Positions 42,401 to 54,400 of a DNA stretch of 64,000 bases are shown here, piece by piece. The stretch comes from Asterias rubens. Taxonomy: Eukaryota. The DNA is taken from contig NC_047062.1 in the NCBI RefSeq assembly GCF_902459465.1, forward strand, positions 12,772,001-12,836,000. Reading direction: 5' to 3'. The position numbers and the translations under genes were made by a program. The stretch's first letter is position 1. Each line of letters opens with the position of its first letter. The notes under the pieces were generated by a model. It made no database searches, had not been told where the DNA came from, and saw nothing but the letters and a program-made list of their open reading frames with translations.

Positions 42401-45400
42401 AACATTCCCATACAGTAGTCCTCAAAGAACCAGACACAGATCGAAATTTAGAAGTCTAGTATCCAGCATTCACCAAGGCCAAAACCCCATTTAGAGACAG
42501 TCTCCACAGCAACCATAATAAGAGCACCACCTCAAAAGGTCAGGGGTTAGTAGTAACCATGTAAACCAAGTCAGTATTTCAATACACGATGCGATGAGAG
42601 AAGGGTTGGGCATATCAGTAAATTGGCAAATGAGTTAGGAGGAAAAGTCATGAAGTTTAGCCAGAAACGGTGAAATCAAACGAAACCGAAAAATGACTCC
42701 CTCCTGAAGTCGGTCCCCCACTTACCCCCATCGGACTCGGATTTCGTCGGCACTTTTCAACCAATATTCAAAGAGGGCCTGGGCGCTGCAAATGCAGCGA
42801 AGAAACAAAAAACACAAGAGGGCGGTTACTTTTCATGTTCACATGAACAACAAGAAGAAGACTTACCCCCAACGCAACGGCACATCCTTGTTGCTTGATT
42901 TGATCCAGTACTCGAACAAAGCTTGTGCACTGCGCGGTTAAAAAGTTAACATCGAACAAAACAGTGATAGTTATAGTTAAGTTAAGACAAGAATTCTAGT
43001 GTTAGTGACAATGTTTACTTACATCTCTTGTCTGCAATGGCAATTTAGTCAAGTTAACAACTTAATTCATTAATATTTAGTGACCTTGTCACATATCATC
43101 AACTTGCTCGATACAATGCAATTTCGAAGAGTAATACACCTGGCTTAACTTTGGTTCAGAAGACACAGTTCCACGTTCAACGTTTAGGTTTTGGGTTGAA
43201 ATATTGCTATATTAGTTGAATATAAGGCTATAGTGATGATCGATTTAGTCTGCAAAACAAGGCCAGACACTGGACTCTTAGTCAATTCAACCTCATTGTC
43301 TCAACAAATGCATTCTTGCTTTACAAATAATTTCCACACATCCGCATCATTTACCTTGCAATGGTTCAATCCATATAAATGTTTCAGCGGTATCAATGAA
43401 ACAGTTTTACTCATACAACTTGAGAATAACAATAACAGCAATAATAATAATATGCAGATGTTTCCAAAGCACCTTTAAAATTGTTAAAACAACAGAAAAA
43501 AACACTCACTATAAACAAAGTGTTCATATCTTGACAGATAAATATAAACCTGTGGCTACATTGACAATTTAAAATCTTTCTGAATGAGACATGCTAAAAC
43601 AAAATACAACTAATATTTTACAATTCAAATCACATTTGTTAGAGATAGAAACACATTTTACACAGATGTATTAAAAACAAAACAATGGATATATAACAAG
43701 TGCTTCACTGTTTCTTCAAGACACTTACCTAGCCAGACCAAGCGAGGGCAGCACAAGCACCATCAAGATGAGGAACAGAAAGGTTTTACGCATGATGGTG
43801 TGGTTGAGTTTGGTGCGTGTCCAGTGGAACTCACAGTAGTAACTGGAGTAGATCACCAACAAGGGAAGCAGGGCAGCAAAAGTCCACAGAAGAAGAGTCG
43901 GCAAGAATTGCGAGATGAAAGGAGACTGTGACAGAGAAGATATGAATGGTCGATCGTAATCATATTGCATACAAAGGTAGACTACAACATTGGTTATTGG
44001 GAGGGTACATTAACTTAAACCATTATTCATAAATACCCCAGACAGTTTCTCTACTCCTATTGGTGGAGAGCGCGTCACGTAGGGGTGCAAACGGTTCATA
44101 ATGACCAGTGTTTATAACCGGCTGGCTTCCGCGTGTCAGGCGCGCAAGATTATCATGCTGAACGCAATTCATAGCTATAAGTAACAGCGCGTTATCTACT
44201 TCTAAGCGCGGGCGCGTAATCTATTTCTAAGCGCGCGTGCTTACACACAACCCACGCGCAACAGACTCTTCACAAAGTTTTTGAAAAAAATATTTCAAAC
44301 CTCAAATTTTCAACTGTCGAAGTGTCTGTAATTGTATTTCTTTTTCGTTTTATAACAAAATGGCATTTATGAATGGGAATAAAAGAGTAGTGACTCGTTC
44401 TTAAACGTCTGTTTAAAACCTTGCAGGGTCGTTGCCGTGCACTAAAGGCCCTCGCCGAACACAGCAATTCAACCCTGACGGCTTTAAACTCGTCGCTACC
44501 CTTTTATTCCCTTAATTATGGCTGGTGGGTTTGGAGTAGTGGTATCTTAATCGCCTTCCACCTCTAGGACCCTGGTTCGAATCACGCCAGAGGCACTAGC
44601 GGATTGGGTTTTCAGTGCCTGACTGCATAGGTCTTTGCCTGGAATAATTCTATAGGGTGTTCCTCCAAAATCTAAAACTGAAACTTCCTTCCTTGTCTTC
44701 TCTCCATTGGGTTCTTGGCCAGTACAGTGAATTCAGTTTACTCTTCTGAGAGTCCTTGGCTTCACAACACGAATAAATAAAATGAAATTTGCAAGACGCT
44801 TGTCCTACAGGAAACGCAGTACATACAATTACACACTGTTTAATAAGCTTTAAAATAGTAAATGCTGAATTATGTTAGAGAAACATAACAGCGTTTTAGA
44901 CAAAATTATATTGAGTACAAACTTTTACACAAATTTGTAACATTAAAAATATGGTAAATCCTGTTGACTATTGTACAGGCATCTACTGAAATGTAAGTCT
45001 AGCATTTGGTGCTTGATGTTTCCCGTGGTGTCCTTACCCTTCTATTGTGTCTTCACTGTGATCTGGGAATCTACCATGTCGTGGCCAAACAGTCTCAACG
45101 GACTCAAGCTCTGGTGCTGTCAGCAGCAGAGTATTAGTTCGAATCCCGGTCATGACACTTTTGCCCTTGAGCAAGGGATTCAACCGTAAATGCTTTGTAA
45201 AAAGTTGGGAAGGTAGTGAATTCTGCTCAACGAGCCAGGCTCCTAGTGGATGATACCCATGCCTACATCCTTACTGACTGTGAAGGTAGTAACCCTGTTT
45301 CACCCCAAGGAGTAGGTGGCAGCCAGGCTCCTAGTGGATGATACCCATGCCTACATCCTTACTGACTGTGAAGGTAGTAACCCTGTTTCACCCCCAGGAG

Positions 45401-48400
45401 TAGGTGGCAGCCTGCCCTCTGGTGACGGTTGATTAGGTTGACAGCCCTCACATTAAAGTGGCCGTTAGACAATTTCTCATAATTTTGTTTTAGAAAAACC
45501 CAGTTTTGAATTGTGATGATCTTGAAGGAATTAGACCAACCTTGGCTTCCTTGACAGCATCTTCGATGTTTTTACTTCCAACTGGACTTGTCATGATGAC
45601 AGATGGTGTCGTCAGGAAGAACAGGAGAATAAATAAGGCTGCAAAAGATAGGGGGATGGACAAAACAAAATGTTAAAACCCTCAAATGAAAACTTCATCT
45701 TTGTAAAGTCTACTGACAAGCGAGTTGAGTGTACAGTAACAATGCCAGTAGGTAGTGCTGTAAGTCAAACACATGTCCCTTTGCATTTGTGCACACGATG
45801 TTATTGTGCAAATTGGTTCATTATTTTGGGTTCCTTATTTACATCATGTTCCAGCCAACTGATATAATTTGAACATGTGCAATGCTAAGATTCTGTTTTG
45901 TGCCAGTGAGTTGAGACATGTCTTATGCCCTTTATATGCTTAAGTGTTTGGAATTGTGCATCAAATGTAACTTTGCTTCAAGCAAAATAACCAAATGATT
46001 ACTTCCATTTTAACCAGAAACACACAAAAGCTAAGCTGAAACAGTTTACCTTAAGAGGTATCTAAACAAAGAGGTACACTGTAGTCCAATTAAAAATGTT
46101 TAAATCTGAAACATTTACTGCTCATAGCTGAACATATTCACAAACAAAATGCAACAACTCTTGTGTGTTTTCTCATTGTGAGGTGACCACCAGGGACCCA
46201 ATTTCACAGAGCTGCTTCATCAGAACATATTGCTTAACAAATTTCTGCTAAGCAACAATTAGCAGGATACCAGTCAAAGATAATACATATGAAATGGTAT
46301 TTTAGCTGGTAACCTTGTTCTGATAAGCACAATTTTGCTGCATTTGCTAGTTTTTGTGCTTAAAGTCACCTGGAAATAGATTTTTTTTTCTTTCAAACAT
46401 AAGAGTTATGCTTACGAACAATAAAACAATTTTTTTAGTCATTGTTTGTCACGATTTATATGTTTAAAAAATATATAAAGTTGTTTGGGGCTGACTCCGC
46501 CTACCCCTTTTGTGACGTCAATCAAGGTAGACTTTGCCTGCAATGCGTATAGTAAACACACGTGCAAAGTACATGTACGTCCAAGTCGTGAGTTGGTACG
46601 TTTCAAAAAGTGTTTTTCTGCATTCAGCAGCAATACACCTGGTCAGCATTGCCGGAAAAAACAAAAAAATCTTTTTTTGAAACGTACTAACTCACGTCTT
46701 GGTCCGTACATGTACTTTGCAATTGTGTTTACTCTACGCATTACAGGCAAAGTCTGCCTCGATTGACGTCACGAACAGCGCCCTCTCGGGTCGGGGTCTA
46801 CTCTTAAATTTGTAAATAACATAAGAACTGATTTTTTAAAACCTTAGTTAACTGTTTATTCACATTCCACTCAACAAAACACATATATTAGTGACAAAAG
46901 CTTTATTTTGAAAAAATACCACTTCCAGGTGACTTTAAGCAGCTCTATGAATTAGGCCCTGAATGTTGGAGGTTTGTGAATGATGATGATTGAATAATGT
47001 CTTAAAATAAGAATCGAATGAGAATAAAGTAAAGATAATACTGAGTAAACTTGCGGGTACACCATGTATGTAATAATTCTCTTTTGAGGGAGTGTTGGCT
47101 CTGAAAAGAGACGGTTTGGTCTTGATGTTTCAAACAGGATACTCTGCTCGCCTTCAGCAGAAAAGGTTGTACCCGCAAGTTTACTATTATCCATAGTTTT
47201 TTCTTATCCTTCACACCATGCAAAGCTTCAAACAGCTATAATGATTCCCTCTCACCAATATTGACAAAGATGACACTGCTCCACCACAGCAATGGCCCAA
47301 CAGACAGGTTCTCCCTATGTGAGATAATCAACAAAGTGAAAAAGAATGAATGCATAATGATAACATGACTATCTTACAAGATGGACAATTGTAGAGGGTG
47401 CATCGCCCTTTTTAGCACTTCCATATATATGCCTCTGATTGATAAAATGAGTGTAATTTGGTAAAAAAACAACACACACAAACCTTTTACCATGTACATG
47501 AGAAGCACGAGCATGCGACATATTGACTCGTCAACACTCCTACATCATTAATAGATCTTATGATGTCATTTGAGTAGGGTGCCCTCAGCTAAAGGTCAAA
47601 AGAAGTTAGCTCATTGGCAAATCCTGTGCTCTGCGTGTACATAGACCTGTGTTTTCCATTGTTTCATCATTGTTTCATTGTTTTACCTCTTAGATGGATG
47701 AAGAGGGGGCAGGCAATTCAACTAAGGTGAAACTGAACTGGATGCATGACATTCCTTAATGAAAGCGCACTCCCGGAGTCTAAACAAATATTGTCAATTA
47801 AAAATTAAGTTTGCTCGGTCGACTTATAACTTCAACCATTAGGCAACATACCAGACAATGTCATCAGGTTTAGGAGCAAAGTCAACGCTCCAGACTGTAG
47901 AGTGAAGCTGCTTGCTGACGCTAGACACGGTAGGGGGACCAGTCTTCAGGGTTGCATAGTCATTCACAATCCTTCAAATCAAAATCAATGTAAAGATTTT
48001 AATAAAGATATTTCACAACAGTTTGGAAAGGTTAAGTCATTGCCATCCTCTACTTTTCAGTGAACACATCATGCAACCAGTGTGTGTTAATTTCATCCAA
48101 TAAGGTGGTTCTTTTTGTTGTGTAAAAAAAAAAGGGTTTATGTGTGTCAGAAATCTTGTGCTATTTTCTAAATTGTTGCCAAAATGTCAAGTAACAAACT
48201 ACAAGGGAAACTGACTGTGTAAACTTTAAATAATTTAGGAAAGAGCAAAGAAATTAGATTTACTTGATAGTTGAAAACAAAGTCACATCCCCTTAAAGCA
48301 AACCCTCTCAAGCACTTTTCATGTTGTATCATAAATTTGAGTTTGATCCCTAGCTATAAGGCAGTTACAGGTTGAATGGCTTCTCTGACTGGCACCCACA

Positions 48401-51400
48401 AACAAAGATATTGACAAAATAGGGAGACCACCAACATTAGGGCTATATAGCCCAGTTGGTAGAGCACCAGCAGGTAATACGGAGGTCACAGGTTCAAATC
48501 ATGTTCTAGTCATCTATTCTTTGTTCGACCCCAAATTACACTATTTCAGACGAAAAATAGTTGATTAAAGAACCAGACTAGAATTTGAACCAATAACCTC
48601 TTGATTAACAGGTTCTTTATACAGTTAAGCGCTTTAACACACCTCTATACTAGGGGTGTATCAAAGCGCTCAGTATTTTTTCCTGCAAGGTTTGTGGAGC
48701 TATGCTTTTGAAGTATGAGACCTATTCCTCTATAGCACCATGTAATGGTTTACAAGGTGCCTTGGTGCAATAGACCGTATTGAATATGACGTCACCGTTC
48801 AAATATCTGACCTACAAGATGGCGTCTGTGCGCTTGTGCATTTGGTGTGCGTTTGGTGTGCGTGCATGTCGCGTAGAAAACAAACCGGGAATGTTGCATG
48901 CTGCATGCTTCGATAATATACGCGTTTGGACGCGCATACAGTGTGCCCTACAAGATGGCGACTTTTCATAGCAAAAAGGGGTTATTCAACACGGTGGATA
49001 TGCAGCCGATTAGACCAGGAACAACTGGGCGAACCCCTTCTCTTTACGATAAGTGCACTGGCTTCTTTCAAGTGCATTACACAACACTAGGGACGAACGG
49101 CTTGACGTCCCATTCTAAATAAATGTAGTTGGTACTCTTCACAACACCTCTGTAGAAGTTGATTTAGAAGCTATGAATGATTAAAGTTACCTGCCAGCCA
49201 TGACTTCATTCTGCACTGTGACAAATGCCATGCCAAGGTTACTCTGAAGAGCTCTACCCTTCTCGCTCATCACCTGCCTCGTCAACTCCTCCTCCAAACC
49301 GCTGTAGTAATCAATAGCATCCACCTGAGATAAACACAAAGTATTCACACTTAAATTTATAATAATGGTGACTTCTGTTGGTGTGATGGGCCGAGCAGAT
49401 AAGAGCACAGAGCTCAAGCTCTGGTGTTTCTTTTCAGCAGAGTGTGGGTTCGAGTCCCGGTCGTGACATTTGTGTCCCTGAGCAAGACACGCAACTATAA
49501 TTGCTCTTATCCACCCAGCGACGCTCAAGGCGCTTCGACACTCAGCATTTTCCTAAGGTATTGTGGAGCTTCAAGTTTGAGACCAATTCCTATACATAGC
49601 ACCATGTAATGGTTTACAAGGTGCTGTGGCGCAATATGCAGCCAATAAAACCTGGAAACCAGGGCGAACCCCTTTTCTTTTTCGAAAAGTGCACTAGGTT
49701 CTTTTCCGTGCATTTCACAACACATAGAACCAATGGCTCAATTAATGTCCCATCCGAAGGACACAGACATAATGGTTAAGTGTCTTGCTTTAATTAGGAC
49801 AAAGCTGTAAGGACACAGTCCGGTGCTCTAACACGCTCAGCCATGACAAGCCAATGGCAGTCGTCTTTGAGAGGGCAAGGCCATTTTCATTTTGCAAATG
49901 GCGGTTCCGTTGGAATATCTTTTATGCCAGGACCAGCGATGAAAAAGGCCATAGCCTTCGTGGAGTTCCAGGCCTGTTAGTACACTGGACTCAAGTTCCA
50001 CAGACCCACTCAATCCTGGATTCAAGTTAACAAAATTAAGTTTCACATGGTGCGATTGTCTTGAACGATCTTCTTCCAGCGTGTAACGGAATTAAGTACT
50101 AGGCCCAATTTTATAGCTGCCTAAGCAGAAAATACTGCTTAAAAATTTCCCCTAAGCAATGATAAGCAGGATACCAGTCCCAGATGATACATGTTAAATG
50201 GTAATTTTGCTGGTAACCTTATTCCGGTAAGCATAATTTTGCTGTCCTGAACTACTTTTTGGGCTTATACAAATCTATGAAGTTGTGCCCTGATCCTTGC
50301 AATACCAAACAGGGACAACCGTCTTCCCTTCAAGACTCAATTTGATCTCATCTTCTTGATGAAACAGGAACCAAGTTGAATCTTACATGATCAAGGTCTT
50401 ATTGGTTCCGTACCTTAGGTCCCCCACAGCAGTCACAGCAGCCGATCTGCCCACATGTTCCCTCTCGTAGTCTGGGTCTCTCACCGGTCTTAGAGTAGAT
50501 CCCCTCACAGTGGAGTCGATTCAGACGAGCATCCCGCCTGAAGGACAGAAAATGAATACCTTAAATGTCAACTGAAGGAAATCTCTGCGGTTTTTAACTC
50601 TTGTGATCGTACACTTAAAGATGATGTCAGATTTTTTGCCCCAAAAACATTAAAAAATAGATTTTTTTGAGTGAATGGTATTTCAAAGAGTATCACCCGC
50701 GGAACGAAAAAAAGTTTAACTTTTACTTTAAATCGTCAGGAACCTTGACAAAAATTTAAAACGTTTCTTATAAAACATATAAGAATTGGTCACGTGATAT
50801 ATTGTCGGGATCCCGACAAAAACTAATTTTGAGCACTTTATTTCACTGCTACGTATAGTTGGCGGACTTTTTCGAGCAATAGCTCAAATGAAAGCTTGTA
50901 ACTTTCTCGACCCCCATCAAAATACCTATTGAATTTTGAATCAAAAATTTTGGGTCAAATCGGCCAAAAATCTGACATAGCATCTTTAACAATAACTTCT
51001 CGGGTAGAAACAACTCCTCGGGGTTTTTGACAAGCTCAGTGGCATGTATTGATTGCTGCTGCTAAGAAATAAATGTATCTGAAATGAAATGAATCGAAAT
51101 GAAAATCTGCTCTCGAATGGCAACTGACATGGGTTCAAATCCCTGTGGCACTGCAGTTGTTGATAACAGGTAACATTTTGAGAAATGATACCCTCCTAAA
51201 GTATTTGGTTTAAAACAGAGGGGTTTTAAAAAATCTCAATCTGAGAAACAGTTCGCGCATGAAACGCTGATATGAAATAAATGTATCTGAAATTAAATGA
51301 AAATCTGCTCTAAAATGGCAACTGGCATTGGTTCAGATCCCTGTGTAAAATGCCTGCGGCACTGCAGTTGTTGATAACGGGTACAACTAAGGTATTTGAT

Positions 51401-54400
51401 TTAAAACAGAGGGGTTTAAAAATCTCAATCTGAAAAACAATTCGTGCATGAAACGTTTCTCAAATTTTCTGTTCCGATAACAGATTATTCTTCCTTCGTG
51501 GACGTAACATTCCACAAACAAAAATAAACTGAGTCTTTATCAATTGTATACGATTCACTTGAAATCACATACCTTTGTGTATCTAGCTTCTTGAGCTTGG
51601 CGATATCATACGCAAACTGTACATCTGTTACCATCACATCTGGATAGGCCTCCCTGTAGAGAAAGAGAAAATGAAACGAGCGTCATTGGATTATGGAAAT
51701 CTAAGCCACTGGAATTGTAGTGTATATGTATTCCTGTAAAAGGCTACTTATAAAGGGAGAGTAACCTAAGGACACTGGACACTATTGGTAATTGTCAAAG
51801 ACTAACCTTCACCGTTAGTGTTTCTCAACATAAAATAACAAACCTGTGAAAATTTGAGCTCAATCGGTCGTCGAAGTTAAGAGATAATAATGAAAGAAAA
51901 AACACCCTTGTCACATGAGGTTGTGTGCTTGCAGATGCTTGATTTCGAGACCTCAAATTCTAAAGCTGAGGTCTAGAAATCAAATTTGTGGAAAATTAGT
52001 TCTTTCTCGAAAACTACTTCAGAGGGAGCCGTTTCTCACAATGTTTTATACTATCAACCTCTCCCCATTACTCGTTACCAAGAAAGGTTTTATGCTAATA
52101 ATTATTTTGAGTAATTACCAATAATTTCTACTGCCTTAAATTTGTTTTTTGTTTATTTAGGATTTGCCTCTTCAGAAAACATAATACACCTCAATCTATA
52201 AATATTTATAATTACAATAACAAGTTAAATAAATCTTAATTTTGAATTTATTTGTCCTTACGCTAATGTGTTTGAAGCACTGTCAGTACTTTCCTGAGTT
52301 CTTAAATAGTTGTGGTACTGGCTCTGCCAAATCAAAGGACTTGCACTGCCTCTAGCTTAGTGGTCTAGTAAAGACATTTGCTCTAACAGTGCAAAGGTCG
52401 TGGGTTCGAATCCCTTCTGAGTGATTTGCCTGTGGATTAGTTAAAGCCATTATACACTTTCGGAACAAGTTCACAGATTTACAAATAACTTATAGGGTTT
52501 ACAGAAGGTAATGGTAAAAGACTTCTCTTGAAATACTATTCCAAGAAATGCTTTATTTTTTGAGAAAACATTAAAACAATTATCAATTCTCGACTACGAG
52601 AATTACGGATTTATAGTAAACACATGTCATGACGCGGCGAAACGTGCGAAAACAAGGTAGGGTTTTCCCATTATTTTCTCCCGACTCCGATGTCCGATTG
52701 AGCCTAATTTTATATATAAGTTGTGTTACACGAAGTGTGGGCCTTGGATAATACTGTTTACCGAAAGTGTCCAATGGCTTTAACCGAGCTCAGTATTAAG
52801 TGCTGATTGAACAGTGGTTAGCACACATTGTATAAGGCTAAAAAACAAACTATACAATAGCAAAAATAACCCTTTTAAGCTTTTAAAAGAGCTGTAGCAA
52901 TTCCAATGTGATGACTGTAGGTTATATATTTTTTTTTTTCATCTTGTATTTTCCATTAATGAACAGTTAAGATCTGGCTTCATACTGGTCCTTGAAAAAA
53001 AAGTAGGAATATTCTAGTGAGTACAAGGGCTGACTTGTACATGTAGGCATAGTGTAGGTTTTAGTATACTTTTCAGGCTCTTTTATCACAATTATCTTCT
53101 CTTTTTTTTACAAAGAGCAAACAAAATCAGACTAAAGTAGGAAGAAAATCATGCCTATTAGATACAGAGAATAAAATGTACAATTTTTTTTTTGAATGAC
53201 CAATGATTGAAGTCTCAGACCTATGGACTGTCTCTAATCCCAACCAGGGCCCAATTTCACAGAGCTGCTTAGCACAAAAATTTGCTTGCATGAAATGTCT
53301 TTCTTGATAAAAACAGGATTACCAACCAAATTCCCTATTGTTGCATATTGCTTGTTACATGTATTCAGCTGTTGTTTGCTTATCCTGAAAATCGCGTGGA
53401 AATTTGGTTGTTAATCCTGTTTTTATCAAGGCAAAAAATGTCATGCTAAGCAAATTTTTGTGCTTAGCAGCTCTATGAAATTAGGCCCTGCTCTTCAACC
53501 CTAATAACATCAGTCTTTGCATTGCAACAAAAATCAATTCGGATTACCCCCAACAAGAGTACAGGGAACCTGAGTTGAAATATTCAGCAGGCAGTAATAC
53601 GTCTTCCTAATGCCCACTCAATCTTAATTCCTCTTTTTATGCAGACCAAAGTTCCCCCCGAAGGGGGTAATACTTCTACAATTCATTGCACCTGCTCGAT
53701 GCAAGGATCTTTGTAACTTGCAGGTGCATGGTAAGATAACAGCAAAATAATAACACAGTTAAAATAAGATGTACATTACAGTATATATACCTATCCAAAC
53801 AAAAAGTTAGTAATTAAATTCTGTAACATAGATGAGAGACAAAATCTGAAAAACAATTCATGCTTTAATTGGTTTTCAGTTTCAAATGTTTTTGGGGTGA
53901 ATTTTTTTTCAGAACTGTATTACTTTGAGGGGAATCCTTCCTCAAGAAAGTATAATATCAACGGCTGCAGTGCTTCTCACAAAATAAATAATTTGGTATG
54001 GATCGTATTTACCAAGCTATGACCCTACCTTTACTCAAATTCAAGAGCATGTAAGAAAACCAAGAATGGGAATTGTTTATGCTGGTACTTACTGGAAATG
54101 TTGCTTTATAAGGGAAGCATCTGTCCTTTCTAGTGGTATGCCACTCACAAAGAGAGTTTGGGATACCTAGATTACATGTGTAAGGAAACAGATGAAAAGT
54201 GAAGATTTATCAGGAGAAATCACAATTCAAAATAATCAACTATTTTCTCCAATTCCTATTGCAAGTAAAAACAAAAATAGGCACTTACGGAAACAGAAAA
54301 TCCCTGCATAACTTTAGCATATTTAATGGGTAAGACAGGAATGTCATTAAGTAGCATGTGCAGACATTTTGCGCTCACACTGAAAGAGAATAATGACTGC

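Noticed and set aside
42930-42945. TTTTTAAC close to the exon A acceptor, resembling a U12 branch site
   Set aside because: The upstream donor is GTAAGT (U2 type), not GTATCCTT; all donors in the gene are U2 type.
48440-48520. tRNA-like sequences (also near 5135, 52350 and 49380)
   Set aside because: They have A/B boxes but no complete cloverleaf; these are SINE heads, not tRNA genes.
49840-50090. GC-richer stretch possibly from a retroelement coding region
   Set aside because: No frame gave a motif I could identify with confidence.
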